Origin: Diplonema japonicum | Lineage: Eukaryota > Protista > Euglenozoa: Diplonemea | DNA: 64,000 nt | NCBI GenBank assembly: GCA_964019335.1 | Contig: OZ025718.1 | Span: forward strand, 124,001 to 188,000 | Reading direction: 5' to 3' | Part shown: in pieces, positions 1 to 12,215 of the stretch | Layout: each line of letters begins with the position of its first letter | Position numbering within the stretch: the first letter of the stretch is position 1 | Program-made: the position numbers and the translations under genes | The notes under the pieces: model-generated | Database searches by the model: none | What the model was told of the DNA's origin: nothing | Seen by the model: the letters and a program-made list of their open reading frames with translations, nothing else

Positions 1-225
1 CACGCAGTCGCACACCGTGTGGATGGCGCATGTTCGTGCCCCGTACACAGATTTCCCTCCTTTCTTTTGTTTGATCACTTTGCTCACCACCGCGTACTGT
101 GTCATTTTTCTAGCGTCACCCCTCTTTCGCTTCACCCTCCCGGACTTGCCCACCTGCCTTGCCTTGTCCTTCGTTTTCACTTTGTTCGATTTCGCCGGTG
201 CTTTGGCTTTTCCCCTTTTGCCCAT
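1..225 (-). CDS. 5' end of a Lys/Arg-rich protein, runs off the window
   Basis: ATG at 225 preceded by an A-tract like neighbouring genes; open frame MGKRGKAKAPAKSNKVKTKDK...CAIHTVCDCV to the window edge. Confidence 0.6.
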   Translation of the reverse strand, partial: MGKRGKAKAPAKSNKVKTKDKARQVGKSGRVKRKRGDARKMTQYAVVSKVIKQKKGGKSVYGARTCAIHTVCDCV

Positions 226-554
226 TTTTTTTTTTTTTTTGTGTGTGAAAAAAAACCAAAACTGGACTCTTTTTTTTTCCTCTTTTTTTTTTTTTTTTTT
301 GCACGAAAGCAGAAGGGTGATGACTTGGGGTCAGAGACAGACAGGGTAAACATGGAACAACCCACTCCAACCAATCAGGCAAAGAAAGGAACAACGCTCC
401 AGTCTAGACACGCAACCAAGGTGGCCGAAGAAAAAAAAAAGAAAGCAGCTAGAAAGCTGGGCTTCGGTACGGAACTATAGAGATGGGTGAATAAGCTGCG
501 AACAAAAGGCATGGCTAGAGGCGACGAAGAAGCCGGGGGGTCAAAGCAAAAAAA

Positions 555-557
555 AAA

Positions 558-596
<39 letters not shown>
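555..596. repeat. (TAAA)n microsatellite
   Basis: About 10 tandem TAAA units. Confidence 0.9.
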
Positions 597-634
597 CGTC
601 ATTAGAAAAGGTTAGGTAGTTCCACGACGATATT

Positions 635-1621
635 TTATTTAACGCGTTTCTCAAAGGCCTCAAGCACGCACCCCTCAGTGTGCCGCGACTCCAATGCTAT
701 GTCGTACGCCGTCTTCCCATTCTTGTTTTTCTGTGTAACAGAGGCTCCACTGTCAAGAAGCAACAAAACAACCTCAGGAAAGGTCATGTAGCAAGCCTCA
801 TGCAGCGCTGTATCACCATGCAGGTCCATTGTATCTATGCAGACCCCCTTCCCGAGAAGGACCCTAATATTATCCACACTTCCATTCATCGCAGCATGAT
901 GAAGGGTTGAGGCACCGATGGGGGGCCCCCGTGGGTCTACCGTGGGATGCCCGACAATATAAGCTGAGAGCAAGCGGCTGTCACAAAGACCAGCGAGATA
1001 TAATATAGCAGGTTGGTTGTTTAAAATGTCTTGCCTCGGATGGCCTCGTCGCAGGAGCTCAGCAACATTCTCCACTTTAGCTCTGAACGGGTAGTGGTTC
1101 AGGTAATCTTCGCTGATGGGGTACCCCTGGTCTAGGATGTATGAGAAGACAGAAGGGTGAGCGTTCTTCATGTAATCCCATGTTGATGGTTTCCATGAAA
1201 GCGATGGGTTCTTCTCTTGAAGAATCTTAGCACTGGTTAGTGTCAAGCTGTTGAAGGTATTTGCGTACAGTGCTATATCTACATGCTCGGTGGGCATGGC
1301 TTGTGTAAGGAGGTGGATTACTTCTTCGTTGTTCGTTGTAAGGGCGTGGGCCATGGATTTTCTTCCTGGTGTTATGGACATTGTGTCCAGCTTGTCCTTT
1401 GCTCTGCACTCTTCTTTGAGGGTAATGGTGACTTCTGAGGTGATCCCTGTCTGTCCGATGGGGCCGGAAAGCTTTGCTCCTTCGTGTTCCAGATCAATGC
1501 GACCCGCCATGACCTCACGATTGCTCTCCACCTCGAGCCGCTTTTTTACGTCCGTCACGTCCTCGTTGTACTCCACCTGTAGAACGTACTGTGAGCAGGC
1601 AGTTCGGAAGCATATGTCCAT
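635..1621 (-). CDS. Ankyrin-repeat protein with N-terminal ubiquitin-like domain
   Basis: Real start MDICFRT after an A-tract; Ubl-like VEYNEDVTDVKKRL..IDLEHEGAKL; ankyrin motifs STLHHAAMNG, GDTALHEAC, GKTAYDIA. Confidence 0.8.
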   Translation of the reverse strand: MDICFRTACSQYVLQVEYNEDVTDVKKRLEVESNREVMAGRIDLEHEGAKLSGPIGQTGITSEVTITLKEECRAKDKLDTMSITPGRKSMAHALTTNNEEVIHLLTQAMPTEHVDIALYANTFNSLTLTSAKILQEKNPSLSWKPSTWDYMKNAHPSVFSYILDQGYPISEDYLNHYPFRAKVENVAELLRRGHPRQDILNNQPAILYLAGLCDSRLLSAYIVGHPTVDPRGPPIGASTLHHAAMNGSVDNIRVLLGKGVCIDTMDLHGDTALHEACYMTFPEVVLLLLDSGASVTQKNKNGKTAYDIALESRHTEGCVLEAFEKRVK

Positions 1622-2639
1622 TTTTTTCTTTTCTTTTTTTTTTTCTTGAAGGGTAATAGTGCGGAAAGAGGAGGACGAAAATGAATAAAAAAATGGCAAG
1701 AAGAGAGAAAAAAAAAGCAGGGGAGAGTAAATTGGGGGGGGGGGGGGGGTAGCCACACTAGGAAAAAAAAAAAAAAAAAAAAAAAACAAAACAAAGAAAG
1801 TCACATCGAAATCAAAAGGAGGAGATATGCGAGAGAGAGAGAGAGCGGGGGGGAGGAGCCCTTCCTCACATTCATTCTCCTGCTTTTCTTCAGCTTTGGG
1901 GAGTGGGGGGGTTTTTTTTTTTCCTTTAGATATGGTGGTGATATCTCCATTTCTTTCATAAAAACGGGTGCCACTTGGCAAAATCTGGGAGAGCAAAAAA
2001 GAAAAAAAATAATAATAATAATAAGAATTTTGTTTTACTGTTCATTGTGATACCTCACTTTGTTGGACTTTCAAATAACAAAAAAAAGCGGGGGAAAAGA
2101 AAGAAAATTCGATGTCGAAAAACCTTCTTCCTCCCCACCCCCCCTTTCGAAGATCCGCCAAAAAAAAGAGAGGGGGGAAAAAAGGAAACAAAATTCAAAG
2201 TACAGCTAAAAAAAGGGGGCATCTTAATGAATTGAAACTCTCGCACATAGTTTAAAAAGAAATAATAAAAAATAATAAAAAAAAAAGCTTTCTTCAAGGT
2301 TATTGTTTTTGTCTCTCTTTCTTCTTTTCATTCTTAAGTGTTTTATTTTTTATTTCTTTTATTTTTTAACTTACCTTCTCCCTTTTTTTTCCCCTTCTCC
2401 CTTTATCTGTGTCAAATCGATAAGGAACTTATTTCTTTTTTCCTCCCCTCCCCTTCGATAATTTCTTCTTTTTTTTTCTTTTCCCTGTTTTCACTCTCTT
2501 CCCCCCTCTCCTTGGGACACCTGTCCTAAAAGAGAAAAAAAAGGGGGGGGGAAATAACATTTTCTTTCTTAAAAAAACTTGGAATAGGAAGGGAAAAAAA
2601 AAAAAAAAAAACCAGAAAAAAAAAAAGAAAAAAAAAACC

Positions 2640-3732
2640 CTATGACTCATGATTGCCAAAGAACGGCGAGGCAAGAGCATCCACAGCGGTGATTCTCTGG
2701 CTGGGCTCGTACCTTTTTTTTTTTTAAAAAAAAAACTTTTTTTTTCATTATACAACACCTTAAGAATCTCTTGATAAGATCAACACCATCCTTCCCAAGG
2801 GTCTTGAAGGGCACTGTCTCAAAGTACTCCACGTGTGCACCAGGCTGTAATTTTTTTTTTTTTTTTTTTAAACTTTTAGATAAACACCTTATAAGTTGGG
2901 AAGTTATTGTCAGCCAGCATTCTCGAATTAGGGTAAGAGTTCATTGAAGGCCAGACGTTGGTGTCCGGAGTCCCAAGGAACTTGAAGATTTTAGAAAGCT
3001 GGTCTGCGTCGGTCCTACCTGTGACAAGCGCCTTACCTGTCACCATTTCGCAGAAGATACACCCCAGAGCCCAAAGGTCAACTCCCGGCCCGTAGTTATT
3101 GCTCCCTAAGAGGACGTCTGGGGCGCGGTACCAGAGAGTGACAACCTCGCTGGTCAGCTTGTTGACAGGAATACCGCAGGATTTACCAAGACCGAAGTCA
3201 GCAAGCTTCAGTTCCCCCGTACTTTGTCTGATGAGCAGGTTTTGAGGTTTGAGGTCCCTGTGGAGGACGTTTCTATGGTGGCAGTAGTGGATGGACATCA
3301 GCAGCTGGCTCATGAAATTCTTGACTTGGTCCAGTGTCACATGGCCTTTGTTGCTGTCAAGGTAGTTCTTCAGATCCATATCGAGATACTCGAAAACGAG
3401 TGTTAATTTCTTCTCATTGAGATCCACAGTGTGCAGCTTCACGATATTTGGGTGTTTCAGCTCCTTGAGCAGCGAGACTTCCCTGATGGCTGTGCATGTG
3501 ACGCCTTCCTCTTCGTTGTCCAGCCTGATGCACTTCAGCGCCACAAGGTCACCTGTTTGCTTATCCTTCGCCTTGTACACAGTCCCGTAAGTGCCTTCAC
3601 CGATTTTGTCGAGTTTTTGATATCTGCGGTGTAGGATGGTGGGGGTGGGGAAGAAAAAAAAAATTCCCCCCCTTTTTTTTTTTTTTTTTACCTGCTTATA
3701 CCAACCCCTCCAGATGTAGCTGGGTGCGTCAT
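2640..3732 (-). CDS. Cyclin-dependent kinase, CRK1/cdc2-like; 4 exons
   Basis: GEGTYG, EGVTCTAIRE, HRDLKPQN, DFG, VVTLWYRAPD; three GT-AG introns restore MTHPATSGGVGISR|YQKL and the C-terminus YEPSQRITAVDALASPFF. Confidence 0.93.
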
Positions 3733-3949
3733 TTTTTTTTTTTTTTTTGCTTTTTGCTTTTTTTTTTTTTTTTTTTGGGAGGGCCCGGAGAAGAAAAGGT
3801 TTAACAGGGAGGAAGAAAAGAAAAAAATGAAAAAAAAAAACGATACGAGAAAAAGAAGAATTCTTTTCTTTTTTTTTTCTTCTCACCCCTCGCCAGACTC
3901 CCCCCCTTTGAGGTAAACGGAAAAAGAAAAAAAAAGAGAGTTAGTGGTT

Positions 3950-4112
3950 TGTTGTATTGTGCAAAAGTCGGTTTTTTCTTTTTTTTTTTTAATCCGCAGA
4001 AGGTTAAAAAAAAAAAAAGCCGAACAAAAAAGCTGCTTTGACTCATTCTTAGCGATAACAATTCATTTTCAACAACTATTGTTTTTTTTTTGTTTCTTTT
4101 TTCTTTGTTTCA

Positions 4113-4157
<45 letters not shown>

Positions 4158-6450
4158 GATCTATTTTTGCGGTGCGCTGGTTGGTGCCCACCGTGGACGG
4201 GGGATCCTACACGTGCCTGTCACCATTCTGCGGTTGCATCCTGGTGCCGGCCGTCGGGGTTTGCCTGTCCGTCATGGACGGCATCTGCGCTAAGAACATC
4301 GGTCGCAGTCCCTCCAAATAGGGGGCTGTTTGGGTTGACGAGAACAAGGGTCTCTTGTCGTAGCCATGCATCGCTGGTGCGCCCAGGTTTCTCAGGGAGT
4401 GTACTCTGGTCATCCTTCTTGCCGGGAAGCCGCTTTTGTTGCCCTTTGCCGCACATGCTTGCACTCTATTGAGGATGTACCGCAGACGTGCGGCTTTTCT
4501 CTCCAACAGACTGCTCTCCCCATGTTCCCCGTATAAGGATATACCGGTCGTCATCTCAAAATCAATTGCCAGCTCCATCGTGGTGATTGACGTCTTCTTC
4601 GATCCTAGGTACCACCTCAGACCTTGCAGCCAGGGTAGCACATGTTTCAACTGCTTTTTCAGTATCTCACCCGTTGCTCCGTGCGCAACAAGCATCTCCT
4701 CCGTCGGTACCGGGCATCTTGTTCCGGTCGTCGTCTCTTTCCAAGGATATGGTCTTATAACATGCACCGTCCTCTCCGCTGCTCTACTGTCACGCAACGC
4801 CACCACTCGCACCAGGTAGCTCTGCACCAGTCGCGCTTGTTTCTGCACTTCCGCTCCCGTTCCTCTCACCACTACACCGTGTAGCGCCGTTGCTTTCGGC
4901 AGCCCTTCTCTTTTGACCTCCGCGTACACACTTTCCTGCTGCGCTTGTCTCGCAGGGGCACACTCCCACAGCGCGTGCTCTGTGATCTGCTCCGTCGTCT
5001 CCGCCTGGTGGTCGCAGACATCACATGTGAGCTTGTCTGCCACATCAAGCTTCTTGCTCCATACTTTTGGGTGTACCGTGAAGATCGCTCCACAGATGAC
5101 CCTCCTCGTTCTGAAAGCACTTAGCGGGTGTCTGGCCAGTGTTTTTCTCCACATGCTGTTCGTAAGAGGATGTGCCCCCTTCTCTGCGTCCTCAAACGTT
5201 GGTCGACAGCTTACGAGTTGTTTCATGATAGCAGGTCTCAGCACCTCCCTCACCTGGTGCTTCCTCTCGTGCGCCGACTTCTCGTACAGGCCCTCCATGA
5301 ACTGCCACTTCTTCTCTACTAGCGGTAGCCACCTGCGTACGGCCGTTCCCACTGGCCCCACTGCTGGTAGCTCCGTATCTTCATATATCTGAGCTATCTT
5401 CTTGATTCGGCTCCATAGCTCCTCCGACCCTCTCCCCTCTCTCACGATGCAGTTGATCGCGGTGTAGCAAACTTTTGCTTCAGGTAGGGCTGTGTGGCCA
5501 GGTAGCGCTACGCTGAGTAGGGCAATCGGGTTCCTCATCGTAAAGTGCGGGCCCCACAAGGCCTTCGCCGCCGTCCTAAGTCTTTTCAGCAGGTCTTCAG
5601 ACGGCTCAGCGTACGTCGCTCCGTATAGGCATGCTGGCAGCACCGTGCCGAGTAACATTTCCGTCTTGTTATGAAACGTGAGTGGTAGCGCGCCGAGTCG
5701 CGCAAGTTCGTCTTCCGCCGATTTTGTCTTCGTGAGTCGGTGTTTCCCGTCTGTGCATAGCATTACACCCAACGACTTCACCTCTTGTTTGACCTTGAAG
5801 GACATGTCAGAGCATTCTAACTTCTCCTCTAGTTCATCCGTTTTTGTGGTGAACGCATGTGATTTGTCCACATTTAGTAGCATGCCCGTTGCGTTACAGA
5901 ACTCCACCGTTTTTTCTGCTGCAGCTTTGAGGGCCTTCCTGAGAATTGCGAGCAAGTAGGCATCATCGGCGTATGATAAGGACCATGCCCCCGGCACTTC
6001 AACTGTCACACACCTCACCATCACCGACACCATCGCGTTCACCATGATGACGGATATCGGGCAGCCTTGTAGAATCCCGTTCGTCACACGGAACTCGCGC
6101 CCTACACCGATTGGGAACCGGAAACGTCGTTTCATGCGCGCGTACATCCCTCGTAGCGGCCTCAAGATTCGGCCGTGCATTCCTAGGTCTTCCATCAACC
6201 CAAACGCCACCTCCTGCGGGATGCGATCAAAGCACTTGACAAAGTCTAGCGCTAAACCATTCAGCGGTATTTGATGTAGCAGCGCCTCCTCCAGTTGCGT
6301 GCTGAGCTCCATTAGCAAGCTGTCAGTTCCTCTTTTCGGCCTGAAGCCATGCTGCGTTGGGTGTATCCATCCTTCCTGCCACGGAATGATGTTCTGTAGC
6401 CTGGCACATGCCCACAGCCTGTAGACCGCGCTTGTCACTGTTATCGGTTG
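3950..6450 (-). mobile_element. 5'-truncated non-LTR retrotransposon (ORF 4207-6438: RT, CCHC finger, C-terminal domain, then 3' UTR)
   Basis: Begins within RT (PITVTSAVYRLWA); QHGFRP, LDFVKCFDRI, GILQGCPIS, YADD; CDVC-x11-H-x4-C finger; 3' UTR shared with other relics. Confidence 0.9.
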
Positions 6451-6589
6451 AAAAAAAAGAAAGAAAGAAAAACCATGGCGTTGAAGTCACAAGACGCCTT
6501 TTCCACCCTTTTTTTTTTTGTTTTATTTTTATCGTTTTCTTCCGGCGTCAAAAGAAAAAAAAGAAAAAAGAAAAAAAATACCAGGTCGG

Positions 6590-7700
6590 GCGTGTCTGTT
6601 CAGAAAATTGCTGTTTCGAAAAAAAACTCGATAAAATTTCAGTGTGCATGGGGGTGCTCACTGTTCAGGTAGAAATTCACACTAATCGGTCACCGTTCTG
6701 CGGTTGCTGTCTGGTGCCTGCGGTGGCTGTTTGTCGCGATGAGATGGACGGCATCTGGGCGAGAAACATTGCTTGGAGTCGTGCTAGGTAGGGGGGGGTT
6801 TGGCTCGAGGAGAAGAGTGGTCTCCTGTTGTAGCCGTGTGCCGTAGTGGGCATTGCCGGGTCGCCGTGCCTTGCGTACAGGCGCCTGTACGTCTTGCCAC
6901 GTCCCTCGTTTGTCACCAGGAGGACCTCCGCCATCTTACCGCAGAAGTAGGGTAATCGTCTCCAGGAAACCACCGTCGCCGCTGCCGTCCCCTTCAGCCA
7001 CTCTGCCGCCTGTCGCTCATCACCCTGCGGCACCAGGTCACCGCTCGCTCTTGCACCGTCTCCGGGCCCTGCCACTCCTGCACGTGGACCTGCCACTCAT
7101 CTCCATCGAGACATCCCTCGACGGGCTTGCGTACTTCTTTCTTCTCGGGCTTCGAACCACCCTTGGCCACGCTGCGTAGAGGAATGGGGTATCTCGGCCT
7201 CGGCTCATACTCATCTGCGTCCGGCTTCCTCGCTCCTTCCTCCCTGCTGAGACACACGTAGTGGTCTCTCACATACCCTAGCCACAGCTCCTGTGTGGTC
7301 ACCATCCCACCCACCGGCCTGGAGGTGGTGCACACCAGGCGGTCGTCCCGGACCGCGTACACACACGCGGCCCATGGCTCGCGCCAGGGCATTCACCGCC
7401 ATCCGATCTCCCCACGTCCCCGGAAGAGCCACCAGCCGCTGGTACTCCTTCCACGCCCCCTCCGGGTCCTCTCCAATCATGAAGGACGAGAAGTCCTTCG
7501 TCGCCAGGTCTGCCGCCACTGCCTCCCTTAGGGCAGCGGCCCCGTCTCGCGCTCCGTGCACCGCGTATGAGGCTGCCTCATACAAGCAGTCTCCCGGCCT
7601 CCTCCCCACGTAGCCCATCCCCAGCCTGCCGGCTAGGTCGCCCACCGCTTCTCCTTGCCTGGTGGATTCGCCAGACCCCCCTTTGAAGGAGCCTGCCCAG
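6590..7700 (-). mobile_element. Internally deleted, frameshifted derivative of the same retroelement family with an OTU-like protease region
   Basis: C-terminus HGYNRRPLFSSSQTPPYL..QPQNGDRLV matches the 4207 ORF end; upstream PGDCLYEA...WGD...LGYVRDHYVCL resembles OTU Cys/His motifs across a frameshift near 7365. Confidence 0.7.
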
Positions 7701-7862
7701 GAACCGCCCTCGTGGAGGCTCCACCTCGGCCTTTTGGTGGCATTTTGTCTTCGCGACTTTTGATGTTAAAAACCCGAAACCCAGTGTTCCCAAAAAAAAA
7801 AAAAGAGAGAATTTGAGTCTTTTCTTGTTGGTTGGTTGGGTTGCGGCCAAAATAAAATAAAA

Positions 7863-8261
7863 ATATATGAGTTAAAGAAGGCCGGTGTTAGCGGCGCCCT
7901 TTTTGGTTAAAAATGAAAAAATAAATCTCAGGAGACGAAAGGGTCAACAACGCGTGTGAGATAAGGTACTCTGTCATCACTACCCCTCACTTGTTTCACC
8001 CCTTGCCTTCCTCTGCTCACCCGATTCGTGTAAGGGGAGGTGCCGTCGCAGACCTAGGCCCGAGGTCTTGCAAAAAAGAAAAGAGGAACTGGCCGTTGTT
8101 TGTACGTGCCGGGTAAAACCTGGAGAAGTTTGTCAACCCGAAACACGTTGCCAACGTTCCCCTTTTGTTTAGACAAGTCAAAGACTCGTTCTTGCAAAAA
8201 AAAAAAAAAAAAAAAAAAATTATATATATGAGTTAAAGGAGGCCGGTGTTGGCGGCGCCCT
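7863..8261. repeat. About 38-bp direct repeat (7863-7900 and 8224-8261)
   Basis: ATATATGAGTTAAAG(A/G)AGGCCGGTGTT(A/G)GCGGCGCCCT occurs twice. Confidence 0.85.
8080..8196. repeat. Short dispersed repeat (about 115 bp); other copies about 12870-12975, 34090-34200, partial 31440-31478 and 34877-34915
   Basis: AAGAGGAACTGG(C/A)CGTTGTT(T/C)GTACG...TCTTGC core seen at five places. Confidence 0.85.
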
Positions 8262-9383
8262 GCACAAGAACTGTCTACTTGATTACAGGGGGCGCGCCGC
8301 GGCCGAGTTGTAGCTTCTTCTGCGTTCCGCGTCGTGTCCTTAATGCGTGCGGTGTACAGCTCAACCCCAGCCGGGGCGTCCCGGGTAACCAAGATTCTGC
8401 GCTCGTGCAGTTTGCTGCCTGTTCGTCACCCTGAGCATCTGCGTTACGTTCTTCCACTCGGGTGCTACCGGTGATGACCGACGAGGAGGTCAACAGCGAA
8501 CAACACATCTGATGTTTTTCTTATATTTTCATGTTATCCCCACCACCATTTTAAAAAAAAAAAAAAAAAAAAGAGAGAGAAATTGAAATTAAGAAAAGAG
8601 AGTTAACGTTGCCAAGATTCTTCTTTTTTTTTTAAATTTCTCTTTTCCTTTTTTTTGTTCTTTTTTCGTGTTCATTATTCTTTTTTTTTTTTTCTTTTCC
8701 CCCTTTCTTTTTTTTCTTCTTCTTCTTTTTTTCTTTTTTTTTTCTTCCCCCTCTTGTGCCCCCTCACCCAATTCTTTTTCAGCAGGAAACCGGGGTTTGA
8801 GAAAAGGGGGGAAGGTATAAATAAGGTAAAAGGTATAAATTCGTACGAATATCTATAATAAAAAAAGAATAAAAAAAAAAAAGAGAAGGGGTAAAAGGAT
8901 GAAGTGAAATAAACAAATAAATAAATTGAAACCAGAAAGGTGATGGGCCCGCAGGGGCCGAGAAGAGATGTGTGAGGGAGGGAGGGAGGAGGGAGGAAGG
9001 GATCGTTTCCTTTCCTTCGCTTTTTTATTCTGCGACTGTCACCGATGGGTGTAAGAAAAGAAGAAAGAAAAAAAAAAAAAAAAGACTGTGCATCGGGATT
9101 AGCTTCCTATCTATTCCTTTCCCCGTTTTTTCCTACTAGATTGCCTTAGCTTCTCCCGGTGGGTACGCGGCTGTGTGTGTATTGTTAGCTGCTTGAGAAT
9201 AAATAAAAAAATAATAAGGAATAAAAATACTCGTTAAAAAAAAAAAGAAAAAAAAAAGCACCACCCCCCCCCCCCTTCACCCCTATATAAATTTCTCATC
9301 TCAAAAAAAAAGAGGTGCGAGAGGAGGGGAGGATATCATCATCATCATCATCTTTCTTTTAGAAGTTCTCTAAAAAAACTTTT

Positions 9384-9437
<54 letters not shown>

Positions 9438-9481
9438 ATGGGGCCAGAGGTTTCTTTTTTTTTTTTTTTTTTTTTTCCCCC

Positions 9482-10264
9482 CTAAACATCAACTACAATG
9501 GGAAGATTGACAGGGAGCCATTTACCATTAACAGTGCACGCAGTAATGGAAAGTGTCCCTCTTACAGTCTCAACACCGTAGGAAGCATGGTTGTGACCGC
9601 CTACATGGAGCCTTGGACAGGCAGTCTTGAGAGCGTCTTTCAAAGGATCGCACCCCACTGCAGACTGGTGAGTCACAACTATATCACGCCCCTTAGGAAT
9701 GTCCAGAAACAGGCTTGGCTCGGCCCTCTTTGCCGTTGCTGGTTTTTGAAAGGCAGCGTTTTTACCCCGAGCCCATTTTTGGCCATATGAGCTTGGCGTA
9801 CCATACACAGAGAGCCCGCAGACTGTGGTAGCGCTGTGACAGAGGTACGTGGTTTTCTTTGACTGCTTGAGTAAGATGCTTTGTACCTTTTCAGTGCCAA
9901 GTCGTTCAAAAGCAGGGTCGTGGTTGCCTGCAATTACTATTACGGCGTCGTAAGGTTGGGATTCGCACCAGGCTCCCAGCTGGGAAATAATTTCTTCATC
10001 TCGTATTTTTGCATATTGGGGGCTGACATCACCGCCAATGATCAGGATGTCCCCTTTGGGGAGTAATAGTCTCTCGTGGAAACCGTGTGTGTCAGAAATA
10101 CTCACGACTCGTTTGGTTTTGACGGGGATTTTTGTCAGTTCTTCTTGTGTCATTCTTTGCTGCCTTGGGGGTCCGTCGCTGTTTGGACTCACGTACAACA
10201 CCTCGCCTGTTTGCTTTGTGTCACCTACCCATGCTGATTGGGCACCCGCCATAGCTTGTCCCAT
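9482..10264 (-). CDS. Calcineurin-like metallophosphoesterase (MPPED-like)
   Basis: ISDTHG, GGD, AGNHD, VTH, GGHNH motifs in the expected order. Confidence 0.88.
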   Translation of the reverse strand: MGQAMAGAQSAWVGDTKQTGEVLYVSPNSDGPPRQQRMTQEELTKIPVKTKRVVSISDTHGFHERLLLPKGDILIIGGDVSPQYAKIRDEEIISQLGAWCESQPYDAVIVIAGNHDPAFERLGTEKVQSILLKQSKKTTYLCHSATTVCGLSVYGTPSSYGQKWARGKNAAFQKPATAKRAEPSLFLDIPKGRDIVVTHQSAVGCDPLKDALKTACPRLHVGGHNHASYGVETVRGTLSITACTVNGKWLPVNLPIVVDV

Positions 10265-10284
10265 TTTTTTTCTTTTCTTTTTGG

Positions 10285-10339
<55 letters not shown>

Positions 10340-10879
10340 CTCCTAGTCAAGAACTAGATGAATGATGAGAAGGGGGGGGGGGGCGAAAAATAAAAAAAAT
10401 TGGCATTTGCAATAAACCCGCACAATATGAGATTATGAGAACGGAAAAAAAAAAATAATAATAATAATAACAATGAGCGGGCTTTTGAAATGACAAGGAG
10501 GGAAGAAAAAAAATGGGATGGGGGGGGGGGGGGGAATGCCGATGTTTAAAAGGCAAAAAAATCCCCCACTTTTGAGAACCCCCCCCAAAAAAAACTAATT
10601 ACCTACCGCTGCAGATGACACCAATTTATTTAACTCTTCGTAATTTCTTTTTGTGTTTTGTGTTTTTTTTTATCTTTTTTTTTTAAACTCCTGACAGGAC
10701 CAAGAGGACGTTTTTTTTTCTTCTTTTTTTTCCTTTCTGGAATAAAAAATCTTTTTTTTTTCTTTCGCTGAATACTTTTTCTTTTGAACATGACCTCTTA
10801 ACTTAAAAAAGATGGCTATGAAAGTTTAGATTGAATCACAACCGCCAAAAAAAAAAAAAAAAAAAAAAAAAGATTCGGC

Positions 10880-11020
10880 TGATTGTTTGTGCAAGCCGTT
10901 TTCACCTACAGTAGGGATAAACGGACAAGCTGCCTCTACTCTTTTTTGCAATAACAATTCTTTTCAAAAATTTGTTTACTTGTTCCAGCAAAAAAAAAAA
11001 AAAAAAAACCAACTCGAGTT
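10880..11020 (-). mobile_element. Solo 3'-UTR relic of the retroelement
   Basis: Aligns with about 3955-4160 (GTGCAA..CG, AAGCTGC, ATAACAATTC, TTTTCAA, AGC(A)n..AACTCGA). Confidence 0.6.
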
Positions 11021-11603
11021 AAATTTGATGGCTTCATGTAAATAGCTAGTTTAAAAGAAAAAAAAAAAAAAAAACACCCGTAGTTCGTACTCAACATAAA
11101 GAGGATTTTGCCGAGGTGGGAGATCGCCTTGAAGACAGGAGGGCATTAATCTTCACTTTCCCCCATCACGCAAAGGAAAAATACATGTAAGCACAAATGG
11201 GATGGGGGTAGGGTAATAAAAAAAATATAAGAAAAGTAAAATAGTCTAAAGGATGGAGGAAGTTAAGGGGGAGGGAATGGGGGGGAAGACACACACACAA
11301 AAAAGAAAAAACCCAACACCAGACACAACAAACGAAACATCAAAAGAAATGTTACTTTTTTTTTTTTTTATTGAGAGGGGTAAATAAATAATTAACGAAG
11401 TTGAAAGTCTTCATCCCCCATTTTTTCTTCCCTCTCCGTTTGCTGGCAAGCACCGGGACAACCGAAGCTTGTCACACAGTCGGGGAAAAAAAGGGGGGGG
11501 GGGGGTTGCATCCCCATTCATATACTTTTCTTTTTTAAAAAAAAGTATTTTTTTTTCTCAGTTGTGTACCTCAGGTTTAGTTCGGTCGGTAAGAAGAAAT
11601 AAG

Positions 11604-11634
<31 letters not shown>

Positions 11635-11824
11635 ATACTTATTTTCTAATACACTTCTTTTTAAAAAAAAAGGGGTGGGGAGGAAAGTGACATGCCTAGG
11701 AGGGGGCTTGTGTGCTAACTGAGATAGCATTTGTTCTATCCTCTTCTTCTCTAGTATGAAGCAAGAAGAAAAGGAAAACACAAAACTTTTGTCACTAGAA
11801 AGCAGCACATAAAAAGAAAAAAAA

Positions 11825-12215
11825 AACTCATAGTAAAAGACAATCCCACTTTGAGGACAGCCTCTTGTGGTGTGAGTTCCTACCTTCGTTCCTATTGTCG
11901 CCTTTAAAGTTTTTCGTAGTTTTGACACGCGTTCTTTCTTGTATGTCCCTTTCAACTCCTGTAGCTTTTGCGCTGTCTGTCTTGATGCGAAGATCGGTCT
12001 CCTGTTGCCTCCGATCGCTGTGACCCTCTTTGCCCCGTCCGCAGGGAAGGGGCATCTTATCCGTCTCGTTCTGCACACTGCGTTGGCTCTCTCCACCAAC
12101 AGCTTGATTCTGCGTGCCTTCCTCTGCATGTTGTAGACTCCAGTGACTTACCGGTTGTCTCCTCAAAGTCGAGTGCAAGTTCAGCTGCTGAAACCTCCGA
12201 GTCGGTGTCGTAAAA
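11825..12215 (-). mobile_element. Degenerate 3' fragment of the same retroelement family
   Basis: ELALDFEETTG (vs ELAIDFEMTTG), RKARRIK, FPA, NRRPIFASRQTA (vs KRPLFSSTQTA), with a frameshift. Confidence 0.75.

Noticed and set aside
7928-7980. Minus-strand GTGATGA...CTGA, C/D snoRNA-like
   Set aside because: Only 53 nt, no terminal stem, no C'/D' boxes and no recognisable rRNA guide
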